Under the pieces are notes generated by a model. It made no database searches and was not told where the DNA came from. It saw only the letters and a list, made by a program, of their open reading frames with translations. Shown here piece after piece: positions 37,553 to 49,919 of a DNA stretch of 64,000 bases (its first letter is position 1; each line of letters begins with the position of its first letter). The translations under genes were made by a program, and so were the position numbers. Source of the DNA: Selaginella moellendorffii. Taxonomy: Eukaryota; Plantae; Lycopodiophyta. The stretch is taken from contig NW_003314313.1 of the NCBI RefSeq assembly GCF_000143415.4, positions 1,205,430-1,269,429 on the forward strand. The letters run 5' to 3'.

Positions 37553-40500
37553 TCACGCCTCCTCTGATTCAGATTCGGATTGTTCACCTTGAAATAAAAT
37601 ACATTAGAAACTTAGTAAAGGAATATTAAATCTCACCTTGAACCCGGGTTATGAATGCTCTTGCTGCATCTCTTGCATGGTCTGGCAAGGTGATGGTGGC
37701 ACTCTGCTTCCGCGTCCAACCATGCACAACATTATCCACCGATATGCTCATGCTGGGATCCCTTGGATTCAGCACCCATCTCTTTTCTAGGCAATCCTTC
37801 GTATATCCGGAACTTGGCTTGAACCACTCCACAGTTACATTGAAGGAGTTAGTTTCCGCGTCCTCCTCTGCATCAGTGATGCAGCGCCCCACCCATATCA
37901 TTTGTTTTTTATTACTGGGTCTGACAAGCACGACCATTCCTTTGCAGACTTATACTGGATTGAATGCTGAATCCGGCTTCTTGTTCCTCGGCCCACAATA
38001 GTGATCCTCAACATCGTTATCTGTCACTGCATTTCCAGAGGACATTGTTCCGCTACTATCTGGTGCTCTGGGTTCTGGCCAAAAGGACTCTTCCAATTCT
38101 TCATATACAACCGGCCCATTTTGGATAGCAGATATAATCTTCTCCCAGTATTCGAGCAAAGGCTTGCACCTCTTAAAATAGGATTCTCCACCAAACACCA
38201 ACCCCCTCTTCCAGAAGGCAATATGCTGTCTAATCCCGGCCACTATACTTTCCTGGTCTTTGAGTCCATCCGGGTGCATCGGCCGTGGGGAACCCTAAGG
38301 AATCATAGGTTCCCCAGTTATGGGATCTCTCTTGAAGAGTTCAATGCCATCCACTGGTAGCCACACTGTGTCCCATTCTCTCATCTTGTACCTCATCACT
38401 AGAGCACCGTCACGCATGCTAAAATGAAACTGAAGAGGCTTGGAGTGGCCAATCAGCGTTTCGGATCCGTCCCTGATGTAGCCTCTTACAAACCCCTTAA
38501 AGTCTGGAACCTCTGTCACAAGTGCAGCTTCAACAGTGCCTTTGATGCAATTTTGGAATTCATCGTAGAGTTGTGGGAGGGTGAGGACATTGGATCGCCG
38601 GAGGGACTCTGCCAGGTGACTGAACATGGCATCGACGTCTTCATGAGTGTGCCCAACCATGAGAAAGCCAAGTGTAACCGTTTCAAATATGCCTTTGGCA
38701 ACAAGCATCGCCAAGTACGCGAAGACGTACATGTTTTTGTTCTCACTGCCAGCATTGTCTGTTTGGAGCAGAAGATGGGGTGGAAGGCCACATCGGCCGC
38801 AAGAACTTCCTTGAGATTCTGCTTCGTTTGGATGAGGCTGTGCATTCACCGGGAGACCAGCCTCGTCGGAATGGCATGAGGCCTCACGTGATAACCCTAC
38901 AATCTGACGGCCAACATATTCACTGGGATGGCATGGGGCCCCACGCGATACTGCAAGCCTTTGCTCCTCCTCCAGCTGAACCCTGTATGGGGTTCGATCG
39001 ACAAGGGCCTTATGCAAGGGTTGGCCGTTCAGCTCAGTCTGCGCACTTTGCAGAGACCTTAAGTGTTTTGCTAGGGACGCAATCATCATGTTTGCACCCC
39101 CGCCACCCCATAGAGGTACAAAGAAGTTCCCATAGTTCTGGGCACCATGCCCATGAGCGATTATGCCAAACAGAGACACAGGCAGCTGCATGGATGAAGA
39201 GATTGCCTTGGGGGCAGGATTGAGTCGAGGTAAGCACGTCTTTTTCTGGTCCATTTTGTCGTGGATGATGCAGAGGTAAGAGTCAGGTCTCTCCATGGAG
39301 AGAATCCTGTTATGATAATATGCAGTCCTGCAGCTTCTCTGCTCGATGTTGTGGTCGAGCCGCCTTCTAACCAACGTCTCTCGCTCTTGAGCGCTGCAAG
39401 AATTCTTTGACAAAGCCATTTTGATAGCAGTGCACTCGTCACACTTTGAAAAGCTGGAGTACTTTCCTATACTCACATCCCTGAACCTGTTGCTCCACAA
39501 TCTACTAAATCTAGATTGGCTCAGCTTCCTGTAGCCATTACTCTGGAGTTCCCGATTCACATCTTCCAATATGGCCCCCTTGGTATACATGGAAGGGAGA
39601 ACTCGTTGGGTGTCTCGTGTTCCATCTTCCAAGAGGCGGGTTTTATGTGGTTGCTGCTCGCTACATGTCTCGACAAACCTCTTGAAGATTGCCTCTCCAT
39701 ATACAACATGACCCCTGGTTTTGTGCGTACCGTCGTTCCCATGGACTGCCTGTTGAACCCTTTGTTCCTCGAACTCAGTTTTGATTCTGTAGAATGTGGT
39801 TCGAGGGACTCCATAAATGATTCTCCATGCCTTCATGCAGACCAAACCCCTCTGGAAGACCATGCCCCCCACCTGATGTTCTGAAGCATCAACAGATGAC
39901 CGTAATGCCTCATACACAAAATTGCGAGCTGCCTTCCAGGACAATGTCTTGTATCTTGCTCTCTCCTCTTCAATAGCATCCCAATCAGCATGTTGACAGC
40001 ACCTCCTCTTGCAACAAGCAACTGTCGAGACCATTCGAACCTCCATCGCCATTTTCTGCCTTTTCGGTTCGTTGCTCAGATCCCTTTGGCTGTGCTGTAG
40101 GAAGGTGTACTTTCTTTTCCCATGAAGAGATGTTCTGTCATCAGTTGTAGTGGTGTTTGATTGTGAATCCTTCACATTCTCAAACACTAAATGCCTTAAT
40201 TTCCACCGCACAATGCTTCCAATAGTCAGACTGTTTTCTTCTGTGTCAACAACCTCTAAAATTGCAACTCCAATATCATCCCAGCCCAATTCTTGATTAG
40301 CAACCGCATCTCTTGGATCGACAACTGTGGCTAAGCCCTCAGCTACCACCTCCCCCTCGGGGTTGTTTAGAAACACCTTTGCCTGAATCCATGTAGCACG
40401 GTTCTTAAGATCCACGGAGGGAACATGCGTCGCACTTGCGCTGTCCCCAACATCTGCTTTCTTCTGCAGATTTTTCAAGGCAACAACAACATTTACCCCG

Positions 40501-40691
40501 ACGACCATCTCTCCTCGTTCAATAGCGACCACATTCCCATCGAAGACAGTCTCTACTGATACAGCAGCATTGCCTTCCCCAAGCCTTTGATAGTGTATAA
40601 CAAAGTTCCGATCCATAGACACAAGGGTCCCTTTTGCAACTCTCTTCCCACCATTCAAAATGTAAACCTTTTCCCCAACCCTGAAGGCCAT
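37553..40691 (-). pseudogene. Sola-like DDD/E transposase of the inner copy (one CAG>TAG stop at 38295-38297; small terminal intron)
   Basis: Motifs FSKCDEC, IHDKMDQ, LQTDNAGSENKN, FLMVGHTHEDVDAMFS; ORFs 38295, 37950 and 37626 are collinear with the 937-aa ORF at 54349. Confidence 0.8.
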
Positions 40692-40870
40692 TCTGAAAGT
40701 GCAGAAAAGAAGTTAAGACCATACAAAAAATGATTGGAGAATGGCCTAAATCATAACATACCAAATAGCATGAGGCCACATGCCATTATTCAAACATGCT
40801 ATTGACACCCATGTGAAATTTCGCATTCACAAAATTGGCATGAGCCCTCATGCCATTAGTGGTACCACTA

Positions 40871-41062
40871 ATGGCATGAGGCCTCACGCTATCTTTGGCC
40901 CCTGCTAGCCTGTTGCTATATTCCTTTTGCCTTGTTGCAACTGTATATATTTTTGTGTGCGTGACTAGTCACCCATACAAAAATATATACAGTTGCAGCA
41001 AGGCAAAAGGAATATGGCAATAGGATAGTAGGGGCCAAAGATGGCATGAGGCCTCATGCCAT
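40871..41062. repeat. ~192-bp imperfect palindrome bounded by 22-bp motifs, upstream of the transposase (second copy 53978-54169)
   Basis: Arms pair almost fully around the centre GTGACTAGTCAC. Confidence 0.9.
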
Positions 41063-41696
41063 CTTGATATACACACAGCTGCAGGCAAGTAAAAACATAC
41101 ATGACAATACGCTAGCCATGAAATTGCAAGGGCCTAAGATGGCATGTGGCCTCATGCCATTTCTAAATGTGGTCCTAAACCATTCCATGGTGAACATACT
41201 AGGAAGCACAAGTGCCGAATATCAAGAGGAAGCGGTAGCCACACCAAAGACAGTGCCGCTCGCAACACCGCAACTACTCATAGCGCCGCTCGCAACACAG
41301 CAACTGCTCGTAGCGCCGCTCGCACAAACTGCCACTCGCATAAACTGCCGCTCGCAATGGCACTCGCAATGCTGCAACCGCTTGTAGACGCATAAACCAC
41401 AGCTCACAACGCCGCTTACACAAGCAGCGCTCACTGCGCTCAGCGGAACCAAAAACACGGCGCACAAAAATGATAGACCTAGGAATGAGTTCGAGAATTC
41501 AAAAATAACACACGCTTGAACGTCACATCAAATCCTCTGACAAACCAGATCTTATGATTCCTCTGACAAATTTCAAACTGAGTAGCTTCTAGACTTTGTT
41601 GTCGGAGGTTGAACTTTGTCACATCATGTCCTTGCCTCGATCCAGCTGTGCCATGTCAGTGATTCGAACTTTGCCATGCCATGTCAGCGATCCGCG

Positions 41697-43535
41697 CCAA
41701 GATTATTCGCCGTGTAAAGGAATAATTATGCTGTGTGTGTACGTCCATTTATGGCAATATAAGGCCACATGCCATTCAAAGAATAATGCTAGTCGAGCAT
41801 CTTTTGGTGCATTTTTGGGTTCAAAATTGCATGAGCCCACACGCTATAAAGTTTACCTGTACCAAAAATAGAAACAGCTTTATTTACTTGGGAATTTATA
41901 TGGCTGAGGCATTTTTAAACTTACAAACACATGCCCTACTTACATTCCTTTGGTTGCTTAAAATTCAAAAATATTATAAACCTTTCTTTTTGCATTTTCA
42001 ATGTTTTCAATTATGGTTTTTGATTTTCGCAGGACCAGCCTAGTAATCTATTTGCATCCCGTTATGTTTATAGCTAGCTTTCGTTTGTCCCCTTCGCTAG
42101 CCTGAGATACATCTGCTCGGCATCTGCCTCTTACAGCATTTGCCCAGAAAGGGCATCTTTCTTCACGCAGCATTTGCCACATGTTTAGGGTTAGGGTTTA
42201 GGGTTTAGGGTTTAGCAATTCAGTAGCTTGATAAACATGCAAATACAGAACTTGATGCAAAATCCTTTGATATGTCACAATGCCCCTAGGACCATAAACA
42301 CATTTCAATAGAGAGGGTCCTTTCATTTCATAACTCCTTACGTAGATCTTGGTGAAACCAGAGTTAGTGAAGTTGGTTTCTTGTGATCCCGCATCTGATT
42401 GTGATGTCCCTTTGCAGTGTCGATGGAAAGGTCAATGCACACCAAACTGTAGAATCTTGGAGCAAAATAACGGTCGGATCTATGGCAAATGCCCCTGAAA
42501 CATTGTAAGGCTCGTGTGGTCTCATGTGGTGTCCGATCGAGATGCTTCTTTGCAGGGTCATCAAGAAGGACATTGTATACCATTCTGTAAAATCTGGTTG
42601 CGATCTAACGGTTGGATCTCCAGGAAACTCAAAACAATCTCGTGCGTGTCAGAATATTCTAGGAATATACTCCTATGTGCTCCAAGATTATTCGCCGTGT
42701 AAAGGAATAATTATGCTGTGTCATTTATGGCAATATAAGGCCACACGCCATTCAAAGAATAATGCTAGTCGAGCATCTTTTGGTGCATTTTTGAGTTCAA
42801 AATTGCATGAGCCCACACGCTATAAAGTTTACCTGTACCAAAAATAGAAACAGCTTTATTTACTTGGGAATTTAAGTGGTTGAGGCATTTTTAAACTTAT
42901 AAACACATGCCCTACTTACATTCCTTTGGTTGCTAGCTTTCGTTTGTCCCCTTCACTAGCCTGAGATACATCTGCTCGGCATCTGCCTCTTACAGCATTT
43001 GCCCAGAAAGGGCATCTTTCTTCACGCAGCATTTGCCACATGTTTAGGGTTTAGGGTTTAGGGTTTAGCAATTCAGTAGCTTGATAAACATGCAAATACA
43101 GAACTTGATGCAAAATCCTTGGATATGTCACAATGCCCCTAGGACCATAAACACATTTCAATAGAGAGGGTCCTTTCATTTCATAACTCCTTACGTAGAT
43201 CTTGGTGAAACCAGAGTTAGTGAAGTTGGTTTCTTGTGATCCCGCATCTGATTGTGATGTCCCTTTGCAGTGTCGATGGAAAGGTCAATGCACACCAAAC
43301 TGTAGAATCTTGGAGCAAAATAACGGTCGGATCTATGGCAAATGCCCCTGAAACATTGTAAGGCTCATGTGGTCTCATGTGGTGTCCGATCGAGATGCTT
43401 CTTTGCAGGGTCATCAAGAAGGACATTGTATACCATTCTGTAAAATCTAGTTGCGATCTAACGGTTGGATCTCCAGGAAACTCAAAACAATCTCGCGCAT
43501 GTCAGAATATTCTAGGAATATACTCCTATGTGCTC
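41697..43535. repeat. Imperfect ~0.85-1 kb tandem duplication in the transposon intergenic region, each unit with (TTTAGGG)n
   Basis: 41697-42682 vs 42683-43535; telomeric motifs at 42185-42214 and 43044-43068. Confidence 0.85.
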
Positions 43536-44296
43536 CTGAAAATGGCATGCGGCCCCACGCCATTCAAGAGATAACGCCAGATGACGCCGAGCATTTTTTG
43601 GTGCATTTTTTGGGATCAAAATTGCATGAGCCCACACGCTTGAACGTCACATCAAATCCTCTGACAATTTATTTAGCTGAACATCTGGCATTTTTGGAAA
43701 TACAAGATGCTTTGGAATATCCAATCATGCATGGTATAAATATAGCGAGGGTATTAAATGATATCCCAATCATGATCTTTCTTTTGGATTTCGCGTGCAT
43801 GCAGTCCGAGGAATGATGACATTGCGGATTTCTTTTGGATTTCACGCATGCGCGCGCCGATCTAGAAATTAATGGTGGCGCCCAAGTCCGAGGAATGATG
43901 ACGTGGCAGGATTACCAACCGTCGTGACATTTCGCGCGTGTGAGGTTAGGTTTTGCATTTTGCTTCGTACTCGCGCTCGCATCGCGCTCCCACTCGCGCT
44001 CCCACTTCTCTATAGGTTTCTCGTGTGCATCGGCGTCCACTCGCGCTTGCATCACACTCGTGCTCGCATCGCGCTCGTGTGCATCGGCGTCCACTTCAAG
44101 ACACACCCAGTTTGTAACTTCGCCGCCAACTCTGCCGCCCACTCCGCCACCCACACGCAGCCCACTTGGCGTCCCGGGAGATTTCAGCGCCACTCTCCAA
44201 TTGTAAGTGGCAGAGTAGCCTTGCTGCTACGATCCGCTGCACACACAGTGCACATTCGCCAGCGAGTCCGGTTGTCACGCCTCCATTCGGCTTCAA

Positions 44297-47200
44297 ATGG
44301 TAAGTCTTTTAGGCCAAGTAGAAAATGGCATGAGGCCACATGCCATTCAGTAGCAACATTGGCATGCACCGATTGGGCTCTCGAGTGCAGTCCGGTTACA
44401 GATGGCGTGTAGCCTCACGCCATCTTAGGATGCAGCCTCAAGACATCTGATGCAGTGGTGAATGGCGTGTGGCCTCACGTTATTTCCAGCTACTAGCTTT
44501 TCATCTGTCAGCTCTAATTGTTGTGCATTTCTGAACAGGCGAGGAATTGCATTCTTCTTCCAGCCACTGTCAATGTGGATGCAGAGAAGGGGGAGGAGCT
44601 CACCAGTTGGACTTTCGGGATGGAAGGCGAGGATCTGAGGCTATACAACACAGATGGTGGGAGAAAAGAATGCATGGGGATCCTCATCCAAGTGACAGAC
44701 ACTCCATGCAGTTCCATGCAAGAATATGGACTGGCACTTGTGGTAGAGACAGCATCTGCCTTCAAGATCCACCTTGCACATCCTAGCGGCTTCCCGGAGG
44801 GGGGCAGCGGCTATGAGGAATTCCTAGAGGGAGCTAGGGAGAGGTTGTCCAAGAGGCCCACAATTTCAAAGACGCTGCGGGTCTATGAAGATCACATGGA
44901 ATCCACGGACCTCACCTACGGCGATGTTCAAAAACTATATTCCAACATTGAGCCGTTGAGAGTGACTCCAGTTCGCGAAGCAAAGGGGAAGGGGGTCGAT
45001 CTAGAAACTACCTCGAAGCAGAAAAGGGTGGTCAAGCTCAAGCCGACGTCCGACTCTCCTGCTCCAAAAAAGAAGCTACTCAGTGATGCCATTGCCTCGG
45101 GTTCGAACACTACACCCACCAAAAAGAAGAGCCGCAAAGAGCAGAAAGAGCAAGAAGAGGCAGCAAAAATCGTCGCAGATAATAGTACTTGTTACTATTC
45201 CAACAAAGTATATACAATCGACGTGAGCCGTATCGACATCCAAAGCAAATACAACCACAGGCTAGTATCTGATGAGTGGGTGGAGAAATTGAAGCAGAAG
45301 ATGCTGGCAAGTCCAGTAACACTCGACATCGCAGACGTGATCCCCTACTACCAAAAAATGAAGGGCGAGATGAGGTTTCCAGACTTGATCAATAGGAAGG
45401 TGTTGGACGATCAGAACATCCGGTTCTATGCCGTCTCCGGGTAGCATTCTAGCTTGGCGATGCAAGAGATAGTTGTGGATATTATGGTGGGCGAGGAGGT
45501 GAAGAAAGTCTTCAAGACAAGAGTTGTCCGCCTGATAAAAGGCAACTCGCCCCTCCGATCTATCATATACATCTCCCACGCGCAGAATGTCAAGCAAGAA
45601 ACGTGCTACAAATCGGGTCTGCACGAGACATTGGCACGAACACGGAAGCTCTGGGTTCAACTGAAGAAGCCACAAAAACCAGAACAAGGACGTGCACTAG
45701 CAACTAGCGCCTGGCAGGTAAGCCTTGTTGTATGTGGCATAGCATGTGGCCTCACGCCATTTCCATTGCAGGAATTCTCGAGTCTTCTCTCGAAAACACT
45801 GGGGGTCAATGACACACTCAGCATCCATAACATTCTACTCGCGACAAAAGTTGTTTTTGACAAATGGGTAGATGTGCTGAGGAGGTACCATGACGGGGAG
45901 TTGCCAAACTCAATGGGTGTGGAGGACGGCCGGAAGCCCAATGATTTGAAGCTCAACGCCTTGCGTTTCTCGCGGTCTCTAGACGACGACGACCTTCTGA
46001 CAGTGGCTAATGCTCTTCTACGTGGTGAGGTAGTCTTCAACAAGACCAAAATGACTCCCGGCCATATTGTGACATACGAGGACTTGTGCACGACTCTGAG
46101 AGCTCGTGCGCTATTGAAGGATTGGATCTTCGAGCAAGTGGCCGTGGAGAGGGTGAGAATCGACACCACGCAAGAGATGATGGAAGCGCTGGAGTTGTCA
46201 AATGAAGACATCGACGAGTACGTGAAGGGGGCCCCCAAGTTCATCGATCTGCTGCGGGATGCCACGAAAAGTAAAGCTGAGAAGTTGGATCAGTATCCAA
46301 ATTTCATTAAGATTGATGTTGACCGCCGGCTTCAGAAACAGCTTGACCCCGCAGCAGAGGCCTATCGAGAACCTTACCGGGTATACTTGAATTCGGATGA
46401 GGATCAAAGGTAGAGGAGCATCGTTTCCCGCGGAGATGAGCAGGTCAAGAACATCTTTTGTGTGATGGACTTCACAAACGAGGAGATCACTCATGCAGAC
46501 GAAGTCAGCTCCATCATTGACTTAATGGTGGGACTTGCGGAGGTGGAATCTTCAGTCCACTATATGATCTACGACTCCGAATCCTATCACAAGTTCTGGA
46601 AGGCCTTGAACGAGGTGAAGGCTCGGTTGAAAGGCAAGGAGATGCGGGAGATCCATGGGATAATGGCTAAGAAGAAGATACCGACGAATGTCCGCATCTT
46701 CACACTCGCCCTTGTTATTGGTCCTGCAGCAGAGTGGGACTGGAGTGACTTCCCAGCTTCGTTTGACAAGGCCAATCGAATTGATCTGAGGGAGGTCAAT
46801 TTACCCGTGCCTGAGGAACTGAAGACGGCTATGGAGCTTTCGAATCCAAAGAAAGCTCCAGGTGCAGCATGGGAAATGCTCAGCTGGGTCTTCAACGCAA
46901 TAGCGGGTGGGTCACCTGCTTCCGACTCCAAGGGCAAATGCGTTGTCGAGTACAACTGTGGTGGACTATTCTTTCGAGCCACACTACTCAAGGGTGTCCC
47001 GTGTGTTGCGGTGACAAACTCCATTGAAGAGGTGACTTCAATGGAGCATATAATTACAGTTGCCAAAGAAAAACAGTATCTTCTCTGCGAACCTGGTGAG
47101 TACGCACTTTAAGTTTAAATGTTATCTCACAAGCTCTGTATGCAGGAGGGTGGCCACCCCCAGATGCTGAAACGGCGTTAACAGCTACTGTTGAAGATAC

Positions 47201-49919
47201 CCATGTTGGGCCGAGCTCACAACCTGCACAAGGTAAGGTCACGTGAGGCCTCACGCCATTTTGATTATAGATCGTTGTGAATATTCAGACATGAGGACTG
47301 AAAAGCGCACTGGTGGCGCATCGAAGAAGGACAAACAGAAAAGCAATAGGAAAAAAGGAGGTACAAATTATATTTGCAATGGCGTGTGGTCTCATGCCAT
47401 TCCTTGCAGGAGAAACTTCTTCAAAGGCAAAACAGGCAAGCACCAGCCAAGCTCAAACTGACAGTGGTCATAAAAAGCGAAAGCACGTTGAACAGTCGTC
47501 GAGATCAGAGGCGTTTGATTCGAAAAGGAAGAAGGGCAACAAAAAGATGATAGGTAATGCCTCGCGGTTATGGCGTGTGTGCTCATGCCATTCATTGCAG
47601 ATCAAGGGCTGAGTGAAAGCAGGCAGTCACCACCTCATGACTCAGATTCCTATGGCGGACTCCCCTTCCCCAATCTCAATGGAGAGGTACAATGGATGAG
47701 GGAAGCTTTTCAAGGCAGGGCCACGTTTTTCTCATCTCGTCGTCTTCGAAGGGTGCAAGAACGTGCAGAAACCATGTTAAGACAGTCGGGTGAGGATACG
47801 GTCCTAGGTCACGCACTAAAACAGGCTATGGATGTCTTGTATTTTGAGATGGAGACTCGGCCAGATGATTTTCCCAAGATGGTCCTGGAAGAACAAGCCA
47901 TCCAGCCTGAGCAGCCTATGGAAGAAATGCAGGAGGGGGATGAGGAGCCAGAGAAAGATAATGAGCAGGAAGAGCAGAAGGACAAAGAGGAGGACAAAGA
48001 AGAGGAGGATGAAGAAGAGGAGGACGAAAAGGACTTGGATGGTCCTCACAATGGTGACGATCACAATAATGACGACGACGATGATGACGACGATGGCCAG
48101 CCTGAGGTGGCCAAAGAGCGGTGGAGGAAGGTCATACAAGACAAACCATCAGGTAAATAATAATACATCCATTCCTAACCTTTTACCATTTCTAACATTG
48201 TCCATGTAGGTCGCAGAGCAAATGGTAAGTAGAGATTATTCAGTTGAATTTACAAACTCTAGCCTTTAGTGTCGAGGAAGGATAGTGCCAAGCAAGGGTC
48301 GAAACGTATGTCCAATCCTTCAGAATCAACAGTGCGCTGAAGTGATATCGGTCCTAGTTCCTCAATAGCAGTTGATGGTAAATACAGTATAGTCGATTCA
48401 ATGTGCTAATGAGTTTGTTTTTAGTAGCACGGGAGGATACCATCTCAATCGAAGGGAGATATTTGGACATGCATATGGATCCGCCAGTGGACTCTACTTG
48501 GCTGCAAGAGTCATCAGAGCTGGTGGAGGCTACTATCCATATCAACGCCAAGCAAGCTGACCACGCTCCACTTGATGCTGCCCATACCACTGAGTCAATC
48601 TTGTCCACATATCCAACTGACGGTGACCAGGCGCCATTGGACCCACATGAGGCCGCCCCAGCCGCCAAGCCGGTCGTATCCTCATTTCCAACAGACTCAA
48701 TGTGTGCCCAATCGTCTGACTACGCGCCGTTGGAACCTCCCTACACCGCCCCTGCTGCCTGTTCAGTCATGTCCACTTTGCCAACGGAGGCACCAGCTGA
48801 AATGGCGTGTGATCACACGCCATCAGAACCACCCCATGCCACTGTTGAGCCAGTTGTACCAGAGTCTACAGCTAAAATGGCATGTGCCCACACGCCATCA
48901 GATGCGATTGACCCCACATTGCAGAGGAGAGTATTTCCGCCCTTCACGTTTCCTCGACCAAAACCCTCTCAACGACCATCGGGAGCAACATTCGCTAATA
49001 TTGTAGATGGTAAAATTGACTTGTACCATTTTTTATGCTGACGCATTTCATTTCAGAGTCACGGCAAAGGTACTGTATCGTTTTTGATCTAAACGGTGTC
49101 CTTTTCTCCCATGAGCGTGGTTCGTCCTCGAATGTCATTGCACCCTCCAAAGCCTGCGGTCGCAAGTTGGTCAAAAGAGACAGATTCACATTAATCACAC
49201 GGGAGAAACTGCGGGATCTAATAATGACCATGCGACACTTAAAACAGAGGGCCGGGTTCAATTTGCAATTGGGAGTTTGGACATCCATGATGCGCCACAA
49301 TGCATTAACGTTGCTACAGATGATGCACGATCAGACGCGAGTAATATTACCATTTGACTTTCTCCTAACGTAGGAGGATTGCTTGACTATGGTCCATGTG
49401 AGGGGTAGCAAGCCCATCTTCGTCAAGCCAGAGGCTGTAGTGATGAACCGGACTGCTAGCTCAAGTGAAATCCTCATCATCGATGACTCGCCGATTAAAA
49501 CTGCAGGGAACACGCACACATATGCAGTGCACCCCATCTCTTGCAGTATGGAAACTAGGGAGAAGAAACCGTATGTTCTGGGGGACCTTGCAAAATGGCT
49601 TGGAGCGATGGTGATAGAGAACCGGCCAGTCCAGGAGGTGGCTGCAGAAATCAACCAAATGGCAGATGGAACAGTATATCAGAAGCCATTTGATCGGACA
49701 GACACCAGTCATCATTTATGGCATGTATATTGTCTAGCCAAGCACTATCCGCATCTCCATAATCTGCTCAACCGGATGGGTTCTTCGACCACTGAACATG
49801 AGCGTGGACGTATTAGAGAAGAGATGGCATTACTATTGGGTTTAAATCCTGATAGTGTGGAGAGTGATGAAATTCCAAGATTATTGTATAGGCGTTGGAG
49901 GCAAAAAATAACAGTTTGA
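44297..49919 (+). pseudogene. Multi-exon transposon cargo gene: ParB/Srx-like domain, degenerate DNA-methyltransferase-like region, acidic linker, FCP1/NIF-like HAD phosphatase; 3 premature TAG stops
   Basis: ATG|GT at 44297-44301; frame-consistent introns 44300-44538, 45718-45771, 47096-47145, 47233-47270/88, 47361-47409, 47554-47600, 48153-48209, three more to 48423, and 49010-49056. Motifs RLVS..WVEKLK, FYAVSG(Q)HSSLA, VVEYNCGG..RATLLKGVPCVAV, VFDLNGVL, GVWTS, IIDDSPIK. Confidence 0.7.

Noticed and set aside
43903-44412. 169-aa ORF and other antisense ORFs over the transposon genes
   Set aside because: GC-rich promoter/5'UTR or shadow ORFs of real coding frames; no motifs.
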